Shown: positions 1-12,672, counted from the stretch's first letter. The stretch is 64,000 nucleotides of DNA from Octopus bimaculoides (GCF_001194135.2 NC_068989.1:77683816-77747815), one strand, 5' to 3'. The notes: generated by a model not told the origin, from the sequence alone. Numbers and translations: made by a program.

Positions 1-94
1 TCAAATTCTCTTATACACCAGATGTGCCATCAGAACTCTTGATTGGACCATGTCAGGTGGGGGAGAAGAGCCATGCAAGGAACGTGAAAATCAC

Positions 95-160
95 GGTGGT
101 GCACCAGAATGACCGCAGCCACTTGGCTGAAACACATAAATAAATAAATAAATAAAAAGT
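95..160 (+). mobile_element. SINE family B, 3' tail fragment
   Basis: ggtggtgcaccagaatgaccgcagcc...ctgaaaca followed by (taaa)n; matches the tails at 20660-20725 and 61465-61530. Confidence 0.6.
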
Positions 161-518
161 ATACATGCATACATATCTTTATGGAATTAAGCTATTTGGG
201 AAATGTCTGATGACAATGTTTTCATGTCTTAGAAGAAAACCTTTAAAAATACGAGGTAAAAATCTATTTCGTTTCTCATTCGAAGCTGTCGAAAATTCCG
301 TCGATTGAACCTAGTTGCAAAATTTCACAGCCAGACAAAATAATACAACTTTATATAACATGTAAATATGACTGTGCATAAATATTTCTTCATAATCCAC
401 AGCGGTACTGCAGTAATTAATGTTGAGCTGTCAACCTTGTGGCTTTATGTTAATGAGTTATGTCAGTAACAGTCTTGCTTGCATTCCAGTGTGTATGCCT
501 ATACAACAGTGTGTTTAT

Positions 519-610
519 ATATATGTATACATACACACGTACACACACACACACACACACATATATATACAGAGATAGAGATAGATAGATAGATTGATAG
601 ATAGATAGAT

Positions 611-657
<47 letters not shown>

Positions 658-877
658 GAGACGGAGGCAGTTACTCACACACGCACACAATACAGGCACA
701 CAAACACAGGCACACAGATACGCAGCCACAGAGACACACACAGACACAAACACACACACACATACATATATATATACAGAGATAGAGATAGATAGCTAGA
801 GAGAGAGAGAGATGGAGGCACTTACTCACACATGCACACAATACAGGCACACAAACACAGGCACACAGACACAAACA

Positions 878-916
<39 letters not shown>
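519..916. repeat. Compound microsatellite (CA/TA/TAGA/GA) with a duplicated internal cassette
   Basis: Core ggaggca(g/c)ttactcacaca(c/t)gcacacaatacaggcacacaaacacaggcacacaga at 663-718 and 814-869. Confidence 0.9.
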
Positions 917-919
<3 letters not shown>

Positions 920-1254
920 ACAGAACGTTGAAAGCTGGTGGTTTCTCTTAACACGCTTATCTCTTCATTCAGTGTGATGTAGATCGGAAAAGATTGCAAA
1001 TCACCGTCCAACTAAGATAGTCATAATTAGACTGGCCTTTCCTTCTACAATGATCTATATATTTTGTGCATATAGCAATATTAACATAATTATGATATAT
1101 AGCATTTTGCTGTTGTCTTTGAGTAATGGTTCGTGATCTAATGATCAGGGCTTTCCATATCATGATTAAAAGTTCATGAGTTTAGTTTCTGGGTCTGACG
1201 GGACATTGTGTCTTTGATTTAATCTCTTAATTGCAATTGTTTCAGTCTACTCAC

Positions 1255-1387
1255 CTCTAATAAATAACGGCCGTGCCCTAATGCTGCCATCTTTCCCATC
1301 ATCAATAGCATAACTGATGTTCCCTGGGGTCAAATGTTAACTGTCTGAGACGTTGCCTATTATGACTGCTTGTGTCTTCATAGTCAT
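1255..1387 (-). other. Candidate spliced exon (133 nt), possibly 5'UTR plus start codon (MLLMMGKMAALGHGRYLLE)
   Basis: Minus strand: acceptor ttttgctgatttctttag|ATGAC and donor TTAGAG|gtgagt; GC higher than flanks; all three frames contain a stop when read from the acceptor, but aagATGGCAGCA opens a frame that runs to the donor in phase 0. Confidence 0.35.
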
Positions 1388-1504
1388 CTAAAGAAATCAG
1401 CAAAATTATAGTAGATGTCAACATGTCATACGCGCTTGCGAGTAACGGCTGTCTGTACTTTACGCTTTTTCTTTACAGTAAGGATATGAATGATTCCAAG
1501 AACA

Positions 1505-1876
1505 TATTGTTATTATTATTATTATTATTATTATGTTTATGTTTTTTTTTGGCTTCTTTCTTCAAATTTTCTTCCATTTCTTGCCGAGTGTTTTCCGTAC
1601 ACCTAGGGCAGAGAAACTCATTGTATGCATTCCCAGTTTACACACGCAAATTCACAGGTAAAATATGTATTAAAAAAAGTAATAAATAAATTCATGAATG
1701 GATGTTGTTTTCACAGCGATAATGCTCTTCTCAGTACATGAGTCATTCCAGTTAACACGATTTTTTTCATTTCCTGTAGGGATATTAAGCCTAGTATCAT
1801 TTTCAAATAGGTTTCAGTACCCTTTTTTAATCATTTCTAGAGATCCTACAATCACTGGTACAGTAGTCGCCTTGAT
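1505..1876 (-). mobile_element. 5'-truncated R4/Dong-like (RLE) non-LTR retrotransposon 3' end
   Basis: Minus translation IKATTVPVIVGSLEMIKK/(frameshift)GTETYLKMILGLISLQEMKKIVLTGMTHVLRRALSL* (stop 1711-1713), then 3'UTR and (TAA)n tail; same C-terminal type as 21415-21624. Confidence 0.8.
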
Positions 1877-2030
1877 ATTATTATTATTATTATTATTGTT
1901 CAGTAGTTTTATTTTTATAACGTGCTTTCACTTCACTACCGAGCGCAGCTCTGTTCGCCTTGGGTACGTGCTGTGGTTTGCTGTGGTGCTCTTATGTTTA
2001 CTGTATTGAAAGTGTTTTGCGTAGAAACAC

Positions 2031-2099
<69 letters not shown>

Positions 2100-2112
2100 A
2101 ATAATAATAATC

Positions 2113-2165
<53 letters not shown>
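2031..2165. repeat. (TTA)n joined directly to (TAA)n
   Basis: Read directly from the sequence. Confidence 0.95.
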
Positions 2166-2167
<2 letters not shown>

Positions 2168-2361
2168 GGCGAGCTGGCAGAATCATTAGCATGCCGGGCG
2201 AAATGCGGTATTTCTCTGCCGCTACGTTCTGAGTTCAAATTCCTCCGAGGTTGACAGAGTCTTTCATTCTTTTGGGGGTCGATAAATTAAGTACCGGTGA
2301 AATACTGGGGTCGATATAATCGACTAGTCGCCACCCAACAAATTTGAGCCCAGAAGGAAGG
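2166..2361 (+). mobile_element. SINE family A (tRNA-derived, Deu/Nin-like central domain)
   Basis: ggcgagctggcagaatc...gttctgagttcaaattcc (B box)...gtcgataaattaagtacc; (TTA)n downstream. Confidence 0.85.
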
Positions 2362-2378
2362 ATTATTATTATAATTAA

Positions 2379-2418
<40 letters not shown>

Positions 2419-3385
2419 ATGCATCACTAAATATATTCGGAATTCATTTTCATAATACGTGTATGCAGGTGGAAATTGTTAAGCGCTTTTACAAATCCAG
2501 TTCGTTAGAGAGTAATTTTCTTCGGACCTATTGGAGGAAACGTAATAAAAAAAATACATTTTGAATACTAAATAAAGACCCCTAGTGGATATTTGATGTC
2601 GTAAAAATAAGACATTTTCTGGGGATCTACTATTCTATAGAAGTAAAAAAAAATTTGAAGATATTGTTTAACTACCAGGAAGGCCCAAAATATTATTTTA
2701 AATCAACACAGACCGATTTATGATGTTTTTGATAATGTAATATTTTCATTAGATGTTCCACTATTTTAATTACTTTTGAAAACCATACAGAATGTTCTCA
2801 AGAAATGCAAGGAACACATGATCAATAACAATGTTTTCATTCTGCGTTGTGCTTTGAAGATTCAATAATTCTCTTTAAAATCAAATAAAGTTTATGTGGG
2901 TTTTCGCTTTCTTCCATTAGACCTTTGATATTTTTTTTTCTGTAAGAGAGTACGCCTGGTAGAAAAATTCTGTAAATTATATAAATTAACGGTGTAAATA
3001 CTTTACATATTTTTTAAAAGCAGCTGTATTTTCATTTAGCCCCCATCAAAAGATATGGAATGATATTCTTTGAATGTAGAAAAAAACATGATATTGATTT
3101 AGATAAGTAGCATTTTGTAAGTAGTGGTTCTGTTGTAGCAAGATCAAAAAGAGAAATGATAATTTACATTTTAAGAATATAACAAAATTATTAAATAAAT
3201 TCGTACCAAATACATTTATTTAAAGAAGCTACATATATAGTACCATAATTCAACATTCCATATGATGCCTAAATGCCACTATCTAGGAAATCCTGGTAAG
3301 AATTAGATACGGTTATATCAGGTTTAGACTCACGTTTCAGTGACAGAGAGAAAGAGGGAGGAAGAGGGAGAGGGAGAGAGAAAGA

Positions 3386-3421
<36 letters not shown>

Positions 3422-3461
3422 TATATATATATAGATAGAGAGAGAGAGAGANNNNNNNNNN

Positions 3462-3529
<68 letters not shown>

Positions 3530-5647
3530 CAGACAGACAGAGGAGCGGTGGACTGTTTGTAAACTGCGGACAGATAATTCCCTGTCCTGAAGTCTGTGAT
3601 ACGGTTCTCTTTCTTAGTTGAATTCAGTTAAATTCCATTACCGAAGAACGTGGAAAAAAGATGTATGAAGATTACATTGCTTCGCAGAGGAGATCTTATT
3701 AAATCAAAATATGTCCATTCCTTTCACCAGTTTATTTTCAGGACAAGGTGAACCCATCTATGAATCGCTTTATTTTTCTAAAGAATTTGTTTTGTTTCCA
3801 TTACAGCGCTTATATATCCCTAACATGTTGCTTTCAGATTTAACAACACTAAATGCATATGAACATTTTTGCGTACGAATTACATGTCTAATGTTAAGGA
3901 ATCTAAGTTGTTCAACCCACTACTAGTACATATGAGAAAGAAGAAGAGAGAAAACAGGGAGAGAGAGATACACCATATGTCATTTTAGTATTAGCATGCA
4001 GAGCGTACATAATGATGTAATATTACTGACATTTCCATATTGATGTTATCATATAGAGAGCTGGAAAAAGAAGAATATATGGCAGTGTGATATACATCAT
4101 CATGCTTATAAAAGGAAAACATGACGTTATAAATACTATCCATATAATTACTCATTGTTCTTTACAATATAAACTCGTTATTCAATCAATCTATAATCGT
4201 AATCGTATGTACACATTCCAGGCAGTACATTTTGTCCTTGCTGTCATTTGCATTTTCATACCACTTCCTTTGACTACAAAGTAAACACTTATCCAGAAAC
4301 GTACACAATTATATCGGTAAAAAAAATATATACCCGAGAATAATTGATGAATTCGATTCGGTCGGAGATGTACGTTGCATCGAGGTTTTTTCATTTTAAT
4401 TTCTTTTCTTTTGTATATTTCCGTATTTATTCATCGAAGACTTCATTCTTAAAACAATGCTGGATTCTTACTTGAGGATTCTAATGTTTACATTACATTA
4501 ATTTTGTATTTTATATATTTCTTTTGTCGTTAAAACAAAAACCGAGTACAATTCTGCAATTTCAATATTGGTTTCTTGCAATGCCTATTGTGTATTTTCT
4601 GTTCTTCTTTCATCCGCTTTGTTTTTTCCTATTACTGTTTTTCTGAAGTATGCGGTAGCAATGGGGTGCTTTTACTTACATGTTTGTGTATATTTTCCCC
4701 TCAGAGCAGAAGGAGAACATAAACTCATTTTATACAAATTAATTTCGAATCCGATATAGAATTCGACAAGCCGCTCAAACGTAGTAAAAATCTCCAAAAC
4801 AATAGATCTTTTCACGGAAAAAAAATGCAAAAAAAGTAATACAATCTTTTTACAGACACACACAAATATACACACATATACACACACACACACACGCACA
4901 CACACATACACATACACAAAAACACACACACAAATGTATACATCTGTATAGATCTGTATACATACAAGTAATTATGTATATGTGTGCATTTTACGTCTAA
5001 GGTACTATAGAATAAAAAAGAGCCCCACAATGTATACATGTATATATATATATATATNNNNNNNNNNNNNNNNNNNNNNNNNNNNNNNNNNNNNNNNNNN
5101 NNNNNNNNNNNNNNNNNNNNNNNNNNNNNNNNNNNNNNNNNNNNNNNNNNNNNNNNNNNNNNNNNNNNNNNNNNNNNNNNNNNNNNNNNNNNNNNNNNNN
5201 NNNNNNNNNNNNNNNNNNNNNNNNNNNNNNNNNNNNNNNNNNNNNNNNNNNNNNNNNNNNNNNNNNNNNNNNNNNNNNNNNNNNNNNNNNNNATATATAT
5301 ATATATAATATTTTTATCTACAGCAAAGTTTATTGGGATAGATAATAAAACCATCTAGAATAAAAGTTAAAAAAGACAACGTATGAATACAAATGTAAAA
5401 TAACAACAATGGCAAACGACAAAAGCTATAAAATCATTTCTATCCAAGACGATGTATAAAATAGAAGCGATGGCGTGCTGAACAAAATGCGTTGTGATAT
5501 TCACTACAGACTCTCTACAGAGTGTATTCAGATATTATTAGGGTTTAAATAGCAGCAAAAAATCAACAATACCATATATGGAAATTTTAAAACTCAATCA
5601 ATATTTGTTTCCATTAATCGATTTGTGAGCTTACTTATATATTGATT

Positions 5648-5770
5648 TCAAATTTTGACACAAGGCCAGCTATTTTGGGTCAGCAATTTTAATTCGATTA
5701 CATCGATCCCAGTGCTCAGCTGGTACTTATTCTATCGACCTCGAACGGTTGAGCGTCAAAGTCATCCTCG
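5648..5770 (-). mobile_element. SINE family A, 3' half
   Basis: Reverse complement of gtcgatagaataagtaccagctgagcactgggatcgatgtaatcga...ggccttgtgtcaaaatt. Confidence 0.75.
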
Positions 5771-5966
5771 AATAGCTGGGAAACATATGTAGCCTGAACT
5801 TAACCTGCTCCACTCCCTTGATGTGGGATTTTATTCGCATTCATAGCGACTTGAGTTGCTAACATCGCCAATAGCTTATTATTGTTCTTGAATGTTGTAT
5901 TTTTATACCCACCACTAACTGATCGAAGCTTACAAACTTCCTACACTTAGATTCTTGGACCTTATA

Positions 5967-5970
<4 letters not shown>

Positions 5971-6053
<83 letters not shown>

Positions 6054-6068
6054 ACACACACACACACA
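5971..6068. repeat. (CA)n microsatellite
   Basis: Read directly from the sequence. Confidence 0.95.
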
Positions 6069-6579
6069 CCCATATATATATATAATTAGAAAATGAGATG
6101 ACAAAGGCATAAACGATCATCTTTTGTACTTCAGCAGCTTACAACTGTTTCTGTTATAAGATATATTGGACACATAGTTGAATTGTCTGAATAACACCTT
6201 ATAGCTTCATTGAAGCCTCCAAATAGATGTCATTCTATATTCAAGGCTCCGATAAATCTATGAAGTTCCATGTAAGCACTCAACAATGGATCCGTTGCAT
6301 CTTACAGCAGAAGCAGGCGTAAGCAAATGAATTTCATAAGAATCCTTTATTCCTTTGTCATCTCATTTTTTTATTGCTGCTCTCGTCTAATACTTCGTTC
6401 TGAAGCAAACATATTTTGATTTGTACACCAGTTTGTTAGTCTCAGTATGCTTAAGCGAAATATATTTATTTATATTGGAAGCCTCCAGTCATCTCATAAT
6501 GTTGGACCGTTGAACTCCGCAAACTTTTTCTCTCTCTGTTTTTTTTTTATTATTCTATATCCATTTTCCCCTCTTAATC

Positions 6580-6615
6580 CTCTCTGTCGAAGAGCGTAGG
6601 CTCGAAACGTAAAAG
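6580..6615 (+). ncRNA. Minimal type I hammerhead-like motif, variant core CUGUCGA
   Basis: ctct-CTGTCGA-A-GAGC gtag GCTC-GAA-ACGT-A-aaag: perfect 4-bp stem II, palindromic stem III, 3 of 4 pairs in stem I. Confidence 0.5.
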
Positions 6616-6693
6616 ACTTTTATTTTTCCCGTTCGTTAAACTGATACTCCTGCCTATTGTTCCCTCACCTGTCTTCGTATTTTGTTTTCTGTA
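6580..6693 (+). mobile_element. Dispersed repeat copy 1 (Penelope-like terminal repeat) containing a hammerhead-like motif
   Basis: Homologous to 11781-11893 and 16614-16748; preceded by CT-rich sequence and followed by (TA)n. Confidence 0.7.
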
Positions 6694-6699
6694 AATTTG

Positions 6700-6749
<50 letters not shown>

Positions 6750-6975
6750 GTATTTATATATATTCACATGTATGTGTGCGCATGTTTGTATGCGTTAATA
6801 CATGTAGATATCTACAGATCTCTCTCACTTTCTCTCTCTCTCATGTGTGTATATTAATATATATACATATATAACTGCGTTTGTGTAAGTATATATACAT
6901 ACGCGCACACATATGCACACGCACACATGCACACACAAAGATGCACACACACACCTACACACACATACTCACACT

Positions 6976-7050
6976 CAAACGCAGTGGGTCCGAACCCAGA
7001 ACCATGTGGTTCGTAAGTAAGCTACTTACCACACAGCCACTCCTACGCCT
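6976..7050 (-). mobile_element. SINE family B, 5' head fragment
   Basis: Reverse complement of aggcgtaggagtggctgtgtggtaagtagcttacttacgaaccacatggttctgggttcgg. Confidence 0.8.
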
Positions 7051-8907
7051 AGATATGGTTGAAATCTCTGCTGACTGGTATTGCTGGAAATGTGAACATG
7101 CACGGGCAATATTATTAATAGATCCGATGAATACAGGTATTCTATATCTGTAGAACTTTCCTATAATTTAAACTCATTTTATAAAGCCTTCCTGAAGAGC
7201 TCGGGTACATATCTATAATCTTACAATATAGAAATTAATTACCAATAATAAAATTTATAGATTATATTTTGGTAACCTTGCGTAGGATGATACTGTTAAT
7301 ACATATACCGCATCATACTTAAGCTATTTTTGCCTACCTTTAATTCTAATGACAGACGTATCGATGACTTATTTTATGCAATTTATATATTATGGAATTC
7401 AGTTTAATAACTTTATATTACTTGTCAAGGTGATATCTTCATTACATTTGCTTCGTCGTCCGTAGTTATACACGCTCTAATACTTTTAAATCGTTATGTT
7501 CCTATGAATTATTTTAACATTTATTACCACCTTTATAATTCTGTATAATTCTCACAGATTCTCGTAACATTTTCTTAAAATTCTCTGTAATTTCAAATTA
7601 ATATAGTATTAACTTAATCTATCCTTTCAACCTTTATTAAATAACATATATTTATAGACTTAGGCCTTTATGGTGACACAGATTGTTGCATAAGTTTCAT
7701 TAGTTTCGTATACATGTTTACTTGGTTCTGCCAAAGCTGTCTTCCTGTCACTGTCCAACCTCTTCCCCTCTTTTTCTCTTCCTCTCCAATGAAATTTCTC
7801 GGTGACCTTCCTTATTGTCTGAGGTTTCTCTTAAATTTCTTTACTCTGAATTATAATTAGCTGGACCTGTATTAAGTAATGCTAATATTCTATTAGCTCT
7901 GGAATAATTATTCGGCATACTTTAATGAATGAAAACGAATTTTTAAAAAAACACGAAATTTATGATCCATGTCATATTCCTTAATGCACTAAACAATATG
8001 GCACACTACATGACATTTTTAGAGCCACATCAGCGACTGTCTTAAAATATGCTATGATAGGATCGTTTGTTGTTTGCTGCCTGCTATCCGCTGGCAGAGA
8101 AACGATTTGCCCTAACCAGCTCTTATGAACGGGGTTGCTAAGTTTAATGATATCTTAAGAATAAAAATACCTTTCAACTATTCTGTAACTTACAACCATC
8201 AATTACTACCCACGCTCGTTAAAATCATGAAGGTAGTGATAGTAAGTATTATTTCACTAGTAATATTAAGATAGTAATTCAAATTACAAATAGAAATACG
8301 TAATATTTAAGTATTACGTTCAGCATTTCCTTCAGATATTCTGAATATTACTGAAGACATTTCGGATTTTGACTTCACATAAGTAAATGGAATGAAAAAT
8401 ACATTTGATAGAAGTTCTTTAATGTCAAACACTGCACTGGTAATTCTAATTTTGATAAAGTAAACGTATTCTTGGCATATAGGTATGCATTGCTACATGT
8501 GCATCTACTTGCTGATAATGCAGACAGACACAACGAACTGGAAGTATGGAATCAATACCGGAACCAGTATGAATACTATGATTCGTTTACTCGAAATTAA
8601 AATGTCTAAATCTAGCAGTCTCTACTAACAAAATTATGTCTGTTTCTTCAGTCAGATATTTTGGTTAGAAAAAAAAAAAAAACATTTTCTGATCAAAATG
8701 GGTGGCCATCAAAATGAACTCAGATTTATTGAAACTCCAAGTTTAAGCCACTTCAGTTCCGTTGGCAAAGCTATACTTACACGCGTGCATACATACATAC
8801 ATGCATACATACAAACATACATACATACATACATACATGCCTGCATGCATAAATGCATACATACAGGCAGACACATATCGTGTGTATGGATTAATGTGTG
8901 TGTGAGT

Positions 8908-8954
<47 letters not shown>

Positions 8955-8977
8955 CACATATATGTATACACACACTC

Positions 8978-9915
8978 ACTCTGATCGTTATGATAAAAAG
9001 AGAACTGAATTTGCTGGTGAGATCGAGGCCATGATTGACAACAATCCCTCCATGTCAATCAGGTCTATTGCCAGGAACATGAGAGTGTCTGAGTTTCTTA
9101 TCAGGCAGGTAGTGCATGAAGGCATTTGGTATTCCTCATACAAAATTAGAAAGGGACGATTTTTATCCCAAGCTAAGAAACTTTTGAACAAACTTAAGTA
9201 TCTCCTCCAACCGAACCTGTTTTGTTTTTTTTTTTTCTTTTCAGACGAGAAAAGATTTGCTAGGATCAGATGGTGAACACTCAGAACAACCGTTGACTTG
9301 CCGTGTCCCGAAAACATAGACCGAGAGTGATAAAAATCCACTCAACATTATGGTGTTTGGAGTGATCACTAATGATGGCAACGTTATGCCTCCATTCATC
9401 AACCCACACGTTCTCAGACTCAACACGGAGGCTTACATCAAGTGCCTGGAGAAGGTAGTGCTGTCCTGGTTCAAGAGGGTGGCTGCTGGAACGCCCTATG
9501 TTTGGCAACAGGACTCTGCACCATTCCACACAATCAGGAGAACCCAGTCGTTGCTGTCAGACAATTTCTGCTACCATATAACCATTACCACCTGGCCACC
9601 TAACTCATCAGACTGAAATCCCTTTGATTATTATGTGAGTCTCAGTTGACCAAGAGACCAACAAAACTCCTTGTAACACAAAAGATGAACTGAAGGCAAA
9701 GATTATGGCAGCATTCACTGAAATTGAACAAGAAGACCATCCAAAGATTTGCAGGAGAATCCGAAGTCGTCTGAAGGCCGTGATGGCAATTTTATTGAAT
9801 AAATTTACTCTTTAATATTTCAAGATATTTTGATAAATATATCTGTTAAAATGAGGAGTCAGTGTTATTTTCCTTTTTGCGTAATTTAGACGACAATATA
9901 TTTTAACGCACCCTG
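8978..9915 (+). mobile_element. Tc1/mariner-superfamily DD37D (maT) transposase relic with 3' TIR
   Basis: HTH region SIRSIARNMRVSEFLIRQVVHE; FFSDEK; MVFGVITNDGNVMPP; WQQDSAP...WPPNSSD*NPFDYY with 37 residues between D2 and D3; ends ...gcaccctg followed by TA; frameshifts and stops present; no 5' TIR found. Confidence 0.9.
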
Positions 9916-11780
9916 TACATATATATATATATATATATACATGCATACATAGTTTTTGTGTTTATATGCATACACACGTATATATAATTTGGCATGTATA
10001 TAATATGTACATTTGTGTATATGTTCTACGTTTATATCTCATCTATTTTCTCTATATATGTACATATTCATACATTAGTGTGTGGTCGCAATTGTTCCAG
10101 TCAACGGAGCTGCTGGTTTTATGACTGGAATTCTGACAGTTCTTAAATTATCATAGGCGTTTCGCTGTTTACATGTCAAAGATATACAGCTCTCAATGGA
10201 TCATTTCACATAATTGTAAACGCACTTCATCTGTTCTACGATTTCGTATAATTATACAGCGTGGCTGCAAAATGGCGGTAAGATTAAACTGTGAGTATAG
10301 AGGCATCGTATGTTATACGCTGTATTACTTTGGCTGCTGAGATTGCATCATTAATTTGTGTCACTAACTAATACATAAATAACCATAATTATAAGAGTTG
10401 TAGTATTGGCGGAATTAGTCCATCGCCTAATTTAACACTACCATCAGGCCATTTGATGCCTTTTGTTCATTCCAATCTTTCAGAGCAATCAGGTTAGATC
10501 TCTGATTTGTTTATAATTTCCTCCAACACCAGTCTCGGGAGCAATGAAGAGTGGCATAAACTTGGTTCCATTTTGTTTTACTAACTTATCGAAAATAAAT
10601 ATCCAACAGACAGCAGGAATCATCTATATTTAGATACATGGTTTTTGTGGATCAGTCCGTATCAACTGCTATATACAACTTCAATATACACTGCAATATA
10701 TCAACTGCAATATACACGTAGAGCGATGTTGATTTTGTAGCCACATCTATAAAATACGTTCAACTCATTACTGTGTATTTGCGCAACAACCGACATTCTA
10801 GACTCGGTAAAGTTACCGATTGTACTTCCTCCGTTTATAATCGCATCAAATATTGAAGTATTTCAAGTACATATTCATCACATTTGTGAACAGATCAATC
10901 CACGAAAGATTATTTACCTTTGTATTCATATATCAATATATGTGATGTGTTGCTTAGAGTTGTATTATAACAATTATTCAATTTTTATAATAGCTTAGTC
11001 AAAGTAGAACGGAGAATCACGGTGACAAATGTCATGGCCGGCGAGATTGTCGGGATGATGTTATATCCTAATCGGATATTTGGTCCGCCTTCTTGTAACG
11101 AAAGACACTGAAAGGACTGGTGGTTGCTTTAAACCAGATCAGATCTACTAGGGTATTACATAAAGTAATTCACGGAACTGATACTACAAATATTCTCGAC
11201 ATTGTATCAATGTTAAAAACCACTGATACATTACAAAAGTAGATTGAAATAATGAATAAATTAGCAAGAAAATATGCATCAGTTTCTGAGTATAAATCGC
11301 AATGACATCTAATTTCCATTTTCATTCTATGTTGTTGAATAAAATAAGCAGCGCTTAAAAAGTAGGTAAATTTAATGCGGTGTATTTATGTGAAACATGA
11401 GTATTTGTTACGGCAATAAAATTACAATTTTCCCAACAATTAGATTTTATTTGTTTTCTTATAAAAGAGACAAAAAAAAAATTTGGAATATATGCGACGT
11501 TTCCTTCTGTGTGGTTTCAGATCGTCCACGTGGGTTTCCCCCAAACTCTGGCGTATTTTATACATTACTCATTTAGACATCAATAAAAAATGTCACTCCC
11601 ACTAAACTCGTTGAGTGCCTTTGCTGTGGTTTTTCCACTCACTCATATGTGTGTGTGTGTGCTTCCGCGCGTGTGTGTTTGTGAACGTATGCATGTATTT
11701 CGGTATGTGAGATCGTTAATCCAGACAATATTTTACCTCTCTTGTTTTTTTTTTTCTCTCTCCATTTTCGTTACTCATTG

Positions 11781-11893
11781 TTCTTTGTCGAAGAGCGTAG
11801 GCTGGAAACGTCAAAGACTTTTCCATTTTTCTAGAGCGTCAAATTAATATATCGTCTTTGTTATTCCCTCGCATGCCTCTGTCTTTTATTTTT
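11781..11893 (+). mobile_element. Dispersed repeat copy 2 with a degraded hammerhead-like motif
   Basis: ttgtcgaagagcgtaggctggaaacgtcaaagac plus homologous downstream ~75 bp. Confidence 0.7.
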
Positions 11894-12624
11894 TGAGCAG
11901 TTTTACCATGCACATATATATATATATATATATATATANNNNNNNNNNNNNNNNNNNNNNNNNNNNNNNNNNNNNNNNNNNNNNNNNNNNNNNNNNNNNN
12001 NNNNNNNNNNNNNNNNNNNNNNNNNNNNNNNNNNNNNNNNNNNNNNNNNNNNNNNNNNNNNNNNNNNNNNNNNNNNNNNNNNNNNNNNNNNNNNNNNNNN
12101 NNNNNNNNNNNNNNNNNNNNNNNNNNNNNNNNNNNNNNNNNNNNNNNNNNNNNNNNNNNNNNNNNNNNNNNNNNNNNNNNNNNNNNNNNNNNNNNNNNNN
12201 NNNNNNNNNNNNNNNNNNNNNNNNNNNNNNNNNNNNNNNNNNNNNNNNNNNNNNNNNNNNNNNNNNNNNNNNNNNNNNNNNNNNNNNNNNNNNNNNNNNN
12301 NNNNNNNNNNNNNNNNNNNNNNNNNNNNNNNNNNNNNNNNNNNNNNNNNNNNNNNNNNNNNNNNNNNNNNNNNNNNNNNNNNNNNNNNNNNNNNNNNNNN
12401 NNNNNNNNNNNNNNNNNNNNNNNNNNNNNNNNNNNNNNNNNNNNNNNNNNNNNNNNNNNNNNNNNNNNNNNNNNNNNNNNNNNNNNNNNNNNNNNNNNNN
12501 NNNNNNNNNNNNNNNNNNNNNNNNNNNNNNNNNNNNNNNNNNNNNNNNNNNNNNNNNNNNNNNNNNNNNNNNNNNNNNNNNNNNNNNNNNNNNNNNNNNN
12601 NNNNNNNNNNNNNNNNNNNNNNNN

Positions 12625-12672
<48 letters not shown>

